This document shows positions 23,991 to 32,654 of a stretch of DNA of 36,323 bases, one piece after another (positions within the stretch are counted from its first letter, which is position 1; the number at the start of each line of letters is the position of its first letter). Origin of the DNA: a virus; IMG/VR virus record IMGVR_UViG_3300038317_000069, positions 1 to 36,323 of that record; one strand, written 5' to 3'. Below the pieces are notes generated by a model. The model did not search any database and was not told the origin of the DNA. It saw nothing but the letters and a program-made list of their open reading frames with translations. The position numbers and the translations under genes are program-made.

Positions 23991-25427
23991 TTGATAGATT
24001 ACAATGAACTACTAAAAACAGAACTGGAAGGCGTATATGGAGACTTTCTAGAAAAGATAAATAAAATAAATGGATGGTATGAAATTTATGAAGGTAAACA
24101 GGAATGGAATACAGCTGATGGATTAGACTATACTCCTACTAAGAAGGTAACCAACATAATTAAAAAACTAATAGACACACGTGCAAGATTTATGTTTGGT
24201 AGAGAACCTTATTTTGATGTAAGACCAGTACAACAAGATGCAAAAGAATCCACTACTTACAAGGATCAGGCACAAGAGAAGGAGAACTTACTATACAAGA
24301 TACTAACGGAGAACAAGTTCCACAGTAAGCTCCTGAAAGCTAAAAAGGATTGTTCCATTGGTGGTAAAGTTGCAATAAAACTATGGGGGCATAAGGATGT
24401 AGGATTAAAGATAATATTTAGTCCAGCACAAGAGTTTTTCCCACAATTCAATTTAGATGATGTGGACCAGCTAGAAAAAGTGGTCTTTTTATATGCCATG
24501 AACAATGAATCCTTACCTGAAAAACAGAGAATTAAAAAACAAGTATGGGAATTGGTTAATGGTAGATGTATTCTCAATGAGTCTACGCATGATGGCAGAG
24601 GGAATATAGTATCAGTAGAATATCAAGACTACAACACAGGTTTAGACTTTATTCCAGCTATTATCATTCAGAATGGTGGGCTTACAGGAGAGACAGAAGG
24701 TATTAGTGATGTAGAGCAGCTATGGGGGAATCAGGATTCATATAATCGTTTAACATCTGATGATATTGACGCATTAAAATTTCAGATGTTTGGTCAAGAT
24801 GTAATCACTGATGCAGCAGAGGATAGTTTAAAAAATATCAAAATTGCAGCAGGGGCTATGATAGATTTACAAACAGATATGGCACAAGCAAGTGAAGGCA
24901 GACAAGCTAAGATGGACAGGCTTGAGAGTGGATTTAGTTACAAAGATAAATTTGAAGATACAGTAAACAGAATTAAGAATGACATGTATGATACTTTAGA
25001 TGTACCTAATGTAAGCTTAGAGCAGCTTAAGGGATTAATGCAATCAGGTAAATCTATGAAAGCTTTATACTGGGGGCTTATGGCAGTATGCGACGAAGAT
25101 TGGACAGAATGGGGTCCAGCATTAGAGCAAATGGTTGACTATATATTCCGCATGGTTGATACTTATAACCTTTACAATGCTAGAGCTATAGCTAAGTATG
25201 AAACTACTTTAGAAATTGAGCACACTTATCCAATACAAGAAGATGAGAACGAACAAAAGAAAGTCGATATGGACGAAGTAGTGTCAGAAGTTAGGTCCAG
25301 GAAGTCGTATATGAAAAAATGGGGAGAATATGAGGATACTGATTCTGAATTAGAACAGATACAGTTAGAAAAGCAGATGATGCAGGATAGTTACACACAA
25401 GATTTGAATATGAACCTTGAAGAATAG
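23991..25427 (+). CDS. Portal protein (SPP1 gp6-like)
   Basis: 478 aa, immediately after terL. N-terminus ...INGWYEIYEGKQEWN...KKVTNIIKKLIDTRARFMFG. TTG start after GAGAAGGTGA. Confidence 0.85.
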   Translation: MIDYNELLKTELEGVYGDFLEKINKINGWYEIYEGKQEWNTADGLDYTPTKKVTNIIKKLIDTRARFMFGREPYFDVRPVQQDAKESTTYKDQAQEKENLLYKILTENKFHSKLLKAKKDCSIGGKVAIKLWGHKDVGLKIIFSPAQEFFPQFNLDDVDQLEKVVFLYAMNNESLPEKQRIKKQVWELVNGRCILNESTHDGRGNIVSVEYQDYNTGLDFIPAIIIQNGGLTGETEGISDVEQLWGNQDSYNRLTSDDIDALKFQMFGQDVITDAAEDSLKNIKIAAGAMIDLQTDMAQASEGRQAKMDRLESGFSYKDKFEDTVNRIKNDMYDTLDVPNVSLEQLKGLMQSGKSMKALYWGLMAVCDEDWTEWGPALEQMVDYIFRMVDTYNLYNARAIAKYETTLEIEHTYPIQEDENEQKKVDMDEVVSEVRSRKSYMKKWGEYEDTDSELEQIQLEKQMMQDSYTQDLNMNLEE

Positions 25428-25437
25428 GTGATACTCT

Positions 25438-27147
25438 ATGAATGAATATGAAAGAATAGCATTAGAAACAAGGAAAAAGGTTTCTAAACTAACATTAGAG
25501 CAACAAGGTAATTTACTTAGGCTATACGAGGATACAATTGAAGATTTAGCAAGTAAAGCTGCAGCTAGTAAAGATAAATCACTTACACAAAGATGGCTAT
25601 TAGATTATATAAAAGAACTAACTAAGGCTAAAAAAGAGTTAATTAAAGAAATCGAATCTAATACCAAAGGAGCTATAGGTAAAGCTGCCAAAATAGGAAC
25701 TGAAACAGAACAACAGATAATGTCAGAGATTTTTAAATATGCTGGAATAGATACAGGAGAACATTTTGATACTATGTTCTCACAGGTCCAGGATAAAGTT
25801 ATAAAAGATATAATTTTAGGGAACCTTTATAAAGATAATAAAACCTTATCTAGTCGAATATGGAATTATGGAAATGAGTTCGAAAAGGATATTCAATATG
25901 TTATCAATAGAGCTATTTTAGAAAAAAAATCAGCAATAGAGTTAGCAAAGGATTTAGAGAAATATGTAAAGGATCCAGCTAAAAGGGACACCACTTGGGG
26001 AAGATGTTACCCTCACTTGAAGAATAAAAAAGTAGATTATAATGCTATGAGGTTAGCTAGAACTTCAATTAATCATGCATATCAGACGAGTACAATTCAA
26101 AGCAGCAGTATGAATCCATTCGTAGAAGGAATTGAATGGAGAAGTGCATTAATCCATGGCAGGACATGTGAACTATGTCAAGAAAGGCATGAGCAAGTAT
26201 TCACTAAAGATGACGTTCCTTTGGATCATCCAAACGGTCTTTGCACAATGGTGCCTTATATACCTAAATCCTTGGATACTGTAGCTGATGAGTTAAAAGG
26301 TTGGTTAGATGGAGAAGATAACCCAAAACTAGACAGCTGGTATAATGAATATGGAGATTATTTTAGTGGGTTAAACAAAGAAAAATGTGGTATAATTAAT
26401 ACAAGGAAAGATAAAGCTGAAAGAGAACAAAACTTTGAAAAAATAAAACAGCAACAATGGACAAAAACAATAAAAGATGATGATAAAGATGAACTATTTA
26501 AATACTTTGAGAGAGCAACAGATGAAGAATTAACCTTCTGGGAGGAATATGGTGAATTAGTTCAAGGAGAATTTTATGATCCAAGAAATAGTGGCTACTA
26601 TAGTCCAGCAAGTAAAAAAGTTAATTTAAACATAACAAAAATTGATAATAGAAGTAAAAGAATTGGTGATACTAAGGATAATAGGCTATTCTTCCATGAA
26701 ACTGGGCATCTATTTGATGATAGAGTTTTAAGAAGTACAGGTGGAAAGAAAGTAGTAAATGAACTTACAGAACTAAAGGATAAGCTTGAGAAAGATTATT
26801 TAAACTATGCTAATAAAATACTAAAAAATAATAAATTAAAAGGATTAAAGAGCTTATCTAGGCTTAGCAAGGAGCAAAAATCAATACTTGGGCAGGACTT
26901 AAGAGAAGATGAGCATTTAAAAAATGCAATTTCAGATATAGTTGAGGGATTAACTGATGGAAGAGTTGTAGGTGGATATGGACATGGTAAAAATTATTGG
27001 AAATATCCTATGGCATTAGAACAAGAAACAATAGCACATTCGTTTGAGGCCAAGATGATGAAAGGGGAAAGAAAAGAAGTGTTTACAAAATATTTTCCAA
27101 ATGCTTTTGAATATTTTAATGATTATATTAATAAATTAGTGAGGTGA
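25438..27147 (+). CDS. MuF / SPP1 gp7-like minor head protein with a ~280-aa C-terminal extension bearing an HExxH motif
   Basis: MuF core: NAMRLARTSINHAYQTSTIQ...GIEWRSALIHGRTCELCQERHEQVF...DHPNGLCTMVPYI (to about nt 26265). The extension contains FFHETGHLFD (HETGH = 26695-26709), and later GGYGHGKNYW...EQETIAHSFE. Confidence 0.8.
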   Translation: MNEYERIALETRKKVSKLTLEQQGNLLRLYEDTIEDLASKAAASKDKSLTQRWLLDYIKELTKAKKELIKEIESNTKGAIGKAAKIGTETEQQIMSEIFKYAGIDTGEHFDTMFSQVQDKVIKDIILGNLYKDNKTLSSRIWNYGNEFEKDIQYVINRAILEKKSAIELAKDLEKYVKDPAKRDTTWGRCYPHLKNKKVDYNAMRLARTSINHAYQTSTIQSSSMNPFVEGIEWRSALIHGRTCELCQERHEQVFTKDDVPLDHPNGLCTMVPYIPKSLDTVADELKGWLDGEDNPKLDSWYNEYGDYFSGLNKEKCGIINTRKDKAEREQNFEKIKQQQWTKTIKDDDKDELFKYFERATDEELTFWEEYGELVQGEFYDPRNSGYYSPASKKVNLNITKIDNRSKRIGDTKDNRLFFHETGHLFDDRVLRSTGGKKVVNELTELKDKLEKDYLNYANKILKNNKLKGLKSLSRLSKEQKSILGQDLREDEHLKNAISDIVEGLTDGRVVGGYGHGKNYWKYPMALEQETIAHSFEAKMMKGERKEVFTKYFPNAFEYFNDYINKLVR

Positions 27148-27151
27148 GTTT

Positions 27152-27406
27152 ATGACTGAATTTAGTTGCATAGGAACAGGTGACGAACGATCCCAAAAGG
27201 AGTTATGGGGCATTATTGACGAATATAAAGACAAGTTTGACACAGATGAAGCAGGAGCTGAGCTTATATTTGTAGAATTGCTTAAACCAGAAAGACAAGC
27301 CAATGAATATTTAATTTCAATGTATAAGCAATGTATTAAAGAAAACAGGACAGTAGATAAAGTAATTAAATATGATTATGAGCTTAGGGATGATGTATTG
27401 TATTAA
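27152..27406 (+). CDS. Hypothetical small acidic protein (84 aa)
   Basis: Starts 4 nt after the MuF stop, with RBS GTGAGGTGAG. No motif recognised. Confidence 0.6.
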   Translation: MTEFSCIGTGDERSQKELWGIIDEYKDKFDTDEAGAELIFVELLKPERQANEYLISMYKQCIKENRTVDKVIKYDYELRDDVLY

Positions 27407-27441
27407 AAGCACTTACTAGAGACATAGTAGGTGTTTTTATT

Positions 27442-27792
27442 ATGTTTAAATTGGAGGAAAGCATGGAAGAAAAGCTAAAGAAATATAAAGAGATATTAAA
27501 TTTACAGAACTGGGATATACAAGTAATTGAGGAAGATTCGCTTGAAACTGAAGGCATGAGTAAAATTCTTTTCAATGATTATAAGGCCATAATTAAAATT
27601 AAAAGAGAATTATCAGATGTAGAAAAAGATAAGACACTAATACATGAATTATTACACTTAATCCATAGAGATGAATCGGATCTTATTTCAGATAATTTAA
27701 GAGACGAGGCTATAGCTTCTATGTACGAGAGATTTCATGAGAGATCTATTGAGCAGATGGCAAAAATTATTTACAAATTATGCAACTCATAA
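27442..27792 (+). CDS. Small HExxH protein (ImmA/IrrE M78-like metallopeptidase core, putative)
   Basis: TLIHELLHLIHRDE (HELLH = 27643-27657), preceded by a strand-rich segment as in COG2856-type domains. An alternative start is 27463. Confidence 0.5.
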   Translation: MFKLEESMEEKLKKYKEILNLQNWDIQVIEEDSLETEGMSKILFNDYKAIIKIKRELSDVEKDKTLIHELLHLIHRDESDLISDNLRDEAIASMYERFHERSIEQMAKIIYKLCNS

Positions 27793-27808
27793 TTAGAGTT
27801 GCTTTTAT
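27782..27808 (+). terminator. Rho-independent terminator after the MuF-associated gene pair
   Basis: GCAACTC (27782-27788) / GAGTTGC (27796-27802), then TTTTATTA. A second hairpin TTATGCCC/GGGCATAA lies at 27808-27839. Confidence 0.65.
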
Positions 27809-27898
27809 TATGCCCTTTTTTAGTATTGTTAGGGCATAAAGAAACAAGAACCCAAGACTGGCACTGACCAGTATAAAAAAGTATGGAGGTAATAGAAA

Positions 27899-28468
27899 AT
27901 GGAATGGATTTTAAAACTTATTGAAAAACACACAAAAGATGGAGTGCTAAACCAAGAAGCACTAATGAAAGACATTAACAAAGAGTTTCCTAAAAATGCA
28001 GTACCAAAAGAGACTTACAATACACTATCAGAAACCAAGAAGAAGCTTGAAAAAGATATTGCAGATAGAGATGAGCAATTAGAAGATTTAAAAAAAGTTG
28101 ATGCAGAAGGATTAAAAGCAAAAATTGAAACATTGCAATCAGAAAATAAGACATCAAAAGAGAAATACGAAAAAGAACTAAAGGATCTTCAACTAACTAA
28201 TGCCATTAAGTTGGCCATAAACGGTAAGGTCCATGATGAGGATATAGTGTCTAAACTAATAGACAAAGAAAAAGTTATTATAGGCGATGATGGAAAGATA
28301 GTGGGACTGGATGAGCAGATAAATTCGCTTAAAGAAACAAAAGGTTTCTTATTTAAAGAAGAAGGTCCTGAGGGTACGGGAGGAAGTTTAGGGAATGGTA
28401 ATAAAGGGAGGCAAGATCCTCCAGTAGAAGACTTAGGCAGTGCGTTGGCACAATATTATAATAAATAA
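27899..28468 (+). CDS. Scaffolding protein (phage GP20-like)
   Basis: Coiled-coil 189-aa protein directly upstream of the capsid gene. Contains ...NAIKLAINGKVHDEDIV...KETKGFLFKEE. Confidence 0.8.
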   Translation: MEWILKLIEKHTKDGVLNQEALMKDINKEFPKNAVPKETYNTLSETKKKLEKDIADRDEQLEDLKKVDAEGLKAKIETLQSENKTSKEKYEKELKDLQLTNAIKLAINGKVHDEDIVSKLIDKEKVIIGDDGKIVGLDEQINSLKETKGFLFKEEGPEGTGGSLGNGNKGRQDPPVEDLGSALAQYYNK

Positions 28469-28484
28469 AAAGGAGAGATAATTT

Positions 28485-29477
28485 ATGCCTATTACGTTAG
28501 AGCAAGCTAAAGTTGGCATGGCCAACAAAGTAGATCAAATGGTTATAGATGAATTTAGGAGAAACTCATTATTGCTGGACAGAATGGTATTTGATGATGC
28601 TGTAAGTCCAGGCACCGGTGGGTCGACTCTTACTTACGGTTATGTAAGATTAAAGACACCAGCACAGGCAGGCTTCAGGGAAATAAACACTGAATATACT
28701 CCACAGGTAGCAGATAGAGAAGATCACACCGTAAAACTTAAGATATTTGGCGGATCCTTTGATATTGACAGGGTTATAGCTCAAACATCAGGAGCAGTAG
28801 ATGAAGTAAACTTCCAATTGAATGAAAAAATCAAAGCTGCAACTAATCTATTCCATTACACAGTAATAAATGGGGATTCTGCAGTAGATTCAAAAGCATT
28901 TGATGGATTAGATAAGGCATTAGTGGGAAGTTCAACAGAAGTAGGAACCGATACTTTTATTGATTTATCTGATACTAATGCAGTAGATACAAATTACAAG
29001 CTATTACTAGATGAATTAGATAATTTCCTAGCAGAATTAGATGGGAAACCAACATTTCTATTAGGAAATAGCAAACTTATGACTAAGATTAAAGCAGTAG
29101 CAAGAAGAGCTGGTTATTTGACACCAGCAGAAGATGCATTTGGTAGAAAAGTAGATGCTTATGATGGGATTCCTTTGCTGGATTTAGGTTGGTTTGTAAA
29201 TAAAGCAGGATTAGCAGTTCCGACAGCTCCTATCATTGATACAAGAAAGCCTGATGGTGCTACTGCAGTAACAGGTTTATCTGATTTATATGCAGTAAGA
29301 TTAGGCTTAGATGGGTTCCATGGTGCAACTGTGACAGGTAACAAGATAATTAGTACTTACTTACCTGATTTTAAGACTCCTGGAGCCGTTAAAACTGGTG
29401 AAGTAGAAATGATTGCAGCAGTAGCTTTAAAAGCAACTAGAGCAGCAGGCGTTTTAAGAAATATTAAAGTAAAATAA
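28485..29477 (+). CDS. Major capsid protein
   Basis: 330 aa after the scaffold gene, with strong RBS AAAGGAGAG. Call based on size and position. Confidence 0.8.
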   Translation: MPITLEQAKVGMANKVDQMVIDEFRRNSLLLDRMVFDDAVSPGTGGSTLTYGYVRLKTPAQAGFREINTEYTPQVADREDHTVKLKIFGGSFDIDRVIAQTSGAVDEVNFQLNEKIKAATNLFHYTVINGDSAVDSKAFDGLDKALVGSSTEVGTDTFIDLSDTNAVDTNYKLLLDELDNFLAELDGKPTFLLGNSKLMTKIKAVARRAGYLTPAEDAFGRKVDAYDGIPLLDLGWFVNKAGLAVPTAPIIDTRKPDGATAVTGLSDLYAVRLGLDGFHGATVTGNKIISTYLPDFKTPGAVKTGEVEMIAAVALKATRAAGVLRNIKVK

Positions 29478-29490
29478 GGAGGTGTAATAT

Positions 29491-29742
29491 ATGGCTAAAA
29501 TATATGCACCAAATAGAGGGTACACCGGCAAAATAGCTGGTGTATCTTTTGCAAATGGAGAAGGTGAAACAGAAAATGAATGGTTAATACAATGGTTTAA
29601 GAATAAAGGTTATAAAGTAGTAGAAGAAAAAAAATTAGAAGATTTAACTGTAAGTGAATTGAGAAAAATTGCAGCAGGAAAAAATATAGAAGGTTATTCT
29701 GATATGAGAAAAGCAGAATTAATTAAAGCCCTTGAGGGGTGA
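29491..29742 (+). CDS. Small head-associated protein with a Rho_N/SAP-like C-terminal motif
   Basis: LTVSELRKIAAGKNIEGYSDMRKAELIKALE matches the Rho N-terminal-like helix-hairpin. Confidence 0.6.
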   Translation: MAKIYAPNRGYTGKIAGVSFANGEGETENEWLIQWFKNKGYKVVEEKKLEDLTVSELRKIAAGKNIEGYSDMRKAELIKALEG

Positions 29743-29746
29743 TAAG

Positions 29747-30031
29747 TTGGATAAAGCAGAAATGTTAGAAAGATTGAAAATAATGATAGATGAAGAAAAT
29801 TACCCTTATTTTACTGATGAATATTTAAGAATGAGAATAGGAGAAATAGGGGTAGAATATGGAAGGACATTAAAAGGATTAGCCAGAGAATTATGTGTTG
29901 TAAAGGCAGGAATAGAGGAAATAAAGCTAGGAGATATAACTATACCTAGTCCTAGAAATCACTTTCTAATGTTAGCCAGTAAATACAGGTCTAATATGAC
30001 AGGGGTAACGGTGAGAGCAGATGAATATTAG
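29747..30031 (+). CDS. Head-tail connector (gp6-like adaptor), putative
   Basis: TTG 29747 after GAGGGGTGA. Call based on position and size. Confidence 0.5.
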   Translation: MDKAEMLERLKIMIDEENYPYFTDEYLRMRIGEIGVEYGRTLKGLARELCVVKAGIEEIKLGDITIPSPRNHFLMLASKYRSNMTGVTVRADEY

Positions 30032-30380
30032 ATATTATAAAAAATACATTGAAAAGCTTATTAACTCTAATCCTGCCAATATAACGATTAAAAGGAAAAT
30101 TGAAATAGATGATGGGTATGGTGGCTCCATTATAGAAGAGAAATTAATTAGTGAAACAGTAACCTTTTATGAAAGAAAAGCAAGAAGAGAAGTAGCAACA
30201 GATTATGGTACTACCTATGTAGGTGTAAGTGTTACAAAGATACTAGCAGAAGGTAATGCAGATATAGTGAAAGACGATAGATTTACTTTTAATGGTACAG
30301 AATATAAGGTCCTATTTGTGAAACCTTATTTTGACATATGTAAGCAGATTGAATTGGAAGTGATTAATAATGGGGTTTAA
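30021..30380 (+). CDS. Head closure / head-tail joining protein, putative
   Basis: 119 aa in the connector block, in overlapping gene arrangement. Confidence 0.5.
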   Translation: MNIRYYKKYIEKLINSNPANITIKRKIEIDDGYGGSIIEEKLISETVTFYERKARREVATDYGTTYVGVSVTKILAEGNADIVKDDRFTFNGTEYKVLFVKPYFDICKQIELEVINNGV

Positions 30381-30702
30381 GATTACCAAGAATACTTTCG
30401 ACAATAAGGCAGTAGAGGCTACAGTAAGAGCTGCTATAGGAGTATATGCAGATACTGCAGCTAAGAAAATGGAAGTAGAGGCTAAACGAAATGCTCCTTG
30501 GACAGATAGGACCAGTAATGCTAGGAATAGTATCCGTAGTGATTTTGGATGGAAAGGTAAACATGCAGTAATATCCCTTAGTGGTAATACAAATTACTTT
30601 CCATATCTAGAACTAGCTATGGAGAAGAAATATGCAATATTGGTACCCACTATACAAAGAAATGCTCCTGAGGTTTTAAGGGCATATAGAAAGTTGGTGT
30701 AA
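30370..30702 (+). CDS. HK97 gp10-like tail-head joining protein
   Basis: AKKMEVEAKRNAPWTDRTSNARNSIRSDF...YFPYLELAMEKKYAIL resembles the HK97 gp10 family. Confidence 0.65.
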   Translation: MGFKITKNTFDNKAVEATVRAAIGVYADTAAKKMEVEAKRNAPWTDRTSNARNSIRSDFGWKGKHAVISLSGNTNYFPYLELAMEKKYAILVPTIQRNAPEVLRAYRKLV

Positions 30703-31022
30703 TGATGGAAGATTTATTATGGATTATATTAGCACATTACATTGCAGATTATCCATTGCAAGGGGATTTTCTTGTACAAACAAAGGGTAAATACTGGTAT
30801 AGCTTACTAGCCCATTCAATAATTTATGGGTTAACTATAGCATTGACATTAAAGTTGTTAGGGTTATTTGCTATATGGAAGGCGGTAGTTTTGGTAGCAA
30901 GTCACATGATCATTGATTATAAAAAAGCTACTGCTAAAAACAAAGACAAGTCATTAACGACATATCTTTATATAGACCAAGCTTTACACATAGCAATAAA
31001 TATATTTTTGGTGGTGGTTTAG
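30702..31022 (+). CDS. Polytopic membrane protein (DUF3307-like) embedded in the connector block
   Basis: 106 aa with 3-4 hydrophobic helices. The N-terminal LAHYIADYPLQGDF resembles the H-x3-D-x2-LQ signature I associate with DUF3307. Its start overlaps the preceding stop (TAATGATG). Confidence 0.6.
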   Translation: MMEDLLWIILAHYIADYPLQGDFLVQTKGKYWYSLLAHSIIYGLTIALTLKLLGLFAIWKAVVLVASHMIIDYKKATAKNKDKSLTTYLYIDQALHIAINIFLVVV

Positions 31023-31370
31023 ATGTGGAAGGTAATTTTTGATAAGTTAAAAGAAAATAACCTTAATCCATATCCACCAGGCAAACATGAAGGGCTTTGC
31101 GACAAACCCTATTGTGTAGTTAAAGAAGGTACTCAAATACCTTCAATTCAATCCAATAGATTAGGGCAAAAGGTTATAGATATTATTGTTTTTGTACCTT
31201 TGAGTAGCTATATAGCATTAGAACCTTATATGAAACAGATTAGAGCAGCATTAAAAGAAGTACTTGATTTAAGGAAGACAGGGTTTGAAACTCCAGCTAT
31301 TACTGATGATGATAAAAAAGCGTACACGAGCAGTATAGAATATGTGATTATTAAGAAATTGGAGGGATAA
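31023..31370 (+). CDS. Tail completion / tail terminator protein, putative
   Basis: 115 aa, directly upstream of the major tail protein. Confidence 0.55.
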   Translation: MWKVIFDKLKENNLNPYPPGKHEGLCDKPYCVVKEGTQIPSIQSNRLGQKVIDIIVFVPLSSYIALEPYMKQIRAALKEVLDLRKTGFETPAITDDDKKAYTSSIEYVIIKKLEG

Positions 31371-31373
31371 TTT

Positions 31374-31925
31374 ATGGCAACTACAACGCCTGTTGAATTC
31401 CCATTGGCAAATATTGCTAGAGTGGAAATCGCAACAGAAGAAGAAGTTCCAAAGGAATACAGACTTACTGATGTAGCTAGTGAAGCAGAGGTAACTGCAT
31501 ATGTTTCACAGGGCGAAGAAAAAGAGTTAAGAGTTAAGAATACTATTAAGGCACAGAACAAAACAGAGGATATTGTAATGGGCTATGATGTTAAATTAGT
31601 ATCAGCTACTATGATTCCTGAAATATTGGCTCTAGTTGATGGAGGAACATGGGACGGAACTACTGCTAAGAAATACACAGCTCCACCTATAGGAAGTCCT
31701 GTTACAAGAACACCATTTACAATGCATATATATACAGAAGAAAAAGATGGGGATGGTTCAACAAAGAGCTATGTTAAATTCTCTTATAAGCATTGTACAG
31801 GAAAACCTGTTAATTATACATTAAAGGACGGAGAGTTCTTTGTTCCTGAATTAACAGCAAAATCTAGACCAAAACTTGGAGAAAGTCCAGTAGAGTTTGA
31901 AATATTAGACAAACTACCTGCTTAA
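31374..31925 (+). CDS. Major tail protein (phi13-type)
   Basis: 183 aa, followed by the chaperone pair and the TMP. Synteny and size typical. Confidence 0.8.
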   Translation: MATTTPVEFPLANIARVEIATEEEVPKEYRLTDVASEAEVTAYVSQGEEKELRVKNTIKAQNKTEDIVMGYDVKLVSATMIPEILALVDGGTWDGTTAKKYTAPPIGSPVTRTPFTMHIYTEEKDGDGSTKSYVKFSYKHCTGKPVNYTLKDGEFFVPELTAKSRPKLGESPVEFEILDKLPA

Positions 31926-31935
31926 TTGCAGGTAG
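31914..31935 (+). terminator. Hairpin spanning the major tail protein stop codon (possible attenuator)
   Basis: CTACCTGC (31914-31921) / GCAGGTAG (31928-31935) with loop TTAATT. Only a weak T tract follows. Confidence 0.4.
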
Positions 31936-31961
31936 TTCTATTTATATAGGAGGGATAAATT

Positions 31962-32396
31962 TTGAGTGAAATATTAAGTATAGAAAAATTAAGAGAAATG
32001 GCTAATATAGTAATTGATATACCTAATTTTGAAAACAATGGAACTATAAAGGTTAGGGTACAAAGACCAAGGCTAATGGCAATGGCTAGTCAAGGGAAAA
32101 TTCCAAATCATTTAATGAGTATAGCGGTCCAGATGGTAACGGGTAGAAAGAATGCATCTAATAAAAATAATGAAGATATTATAAAAGATGCTTCTCTCAT
32201 GTTGGAATTATATTGTAAGGCTTGTTTAGTAGAGCCTAGTTATGAAGAATTCAAGGATATTATGACAGATGACCAGGCTGACGCTATATTTAGTTGGGCT
32301 ATGGGGTTAAATAATAAATTAGATTCCTTTCGTAAAAACAAAGGAAATGGCTCAAGTAATAATAATGGCGAAACATTACAGGAAAAGACCAAGTGA
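31962..32396 (+). CDS. Tail assembly chaperone (gpG analogue)
   Basis: TTG start after AGGAGGG. 144 aa between the major tail protein and the TMP. Confidence 0.75.
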   Translation: MSEILSIEKLREMANIVIDIPNFENNGTIKVRVQRPRLMAMASQGKIPNHLMSIAVQMVTGRKNASNKNNEDIIKDASLMLELYCKACLVEPSYEEFKDIMTDDQADAIFSWAMGLNNKLDSFRKNKGNGSSNNNGETLQEKTK

Positions 32397-32577
32397 GATA
32401 TTAAACATTGATAATGATTATTTAGCTTATTGTTTTGATGAAGTAGCTTTATATTTGGAAAGTGAGGCTACTGATAACAATGGTAATATTAATTGGAATA
32501 GGATAAGATGGGAAGACGATAAAGGGAAATCTAATAATTCTAATAAAGATTTAATGGATTTTATACGAAAACATTAA
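32323..32577 (+). CDS. Frameshift extension of the tail assembly chaperone (gpT analogue), in the +1 frame
   Basis: The frame is open from 32323, overlaps the 3' 74 nt of the chaperone gene, and has no convincing RBS for ATG 32347. (32347-31962) mod 3 = 1, so this is the +1 frame. The -1 frame is closed by TAA at 32333 and 32357. Confidence 0.6.
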   Translation: MPFVKTKEMAQVIIMAKHYRKRPSEILNIDNDYLAYCFDEVALYLESEATDNNGNINWNRIRWEDDKGKSNNSNKDLMDFIRKH

Positions 32578-32591
32578 AAAGATACCTTTCC

Positions 32592-32620
32592 TTGAAGAAA
32601 TATTTGGCAACAGTTATAAT
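32592..32620 (+). promoter_or_regulatory. Sigma-70-type promoter of the moron 32655..33314
   Basis: TTGAAG (32592-32597), 17-nt spacer, TATAAT (32615-32620). Confidence 0.65.
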
Positions 32621-32654
32621 GTATGTAACAAATAAAAACAAGGGAGGAAATCTT

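Noticed and set aside
32592-32654. N-terminal extension (MKKYLATVIMYVTNKNKGGNL) of track ORF 32592..33314
   Set aside because: The TTG at 32592 is the -35 hexamer of the moron promoter. ATG 32655 has a proper GGGAGG RBS and starts a signal peptide.
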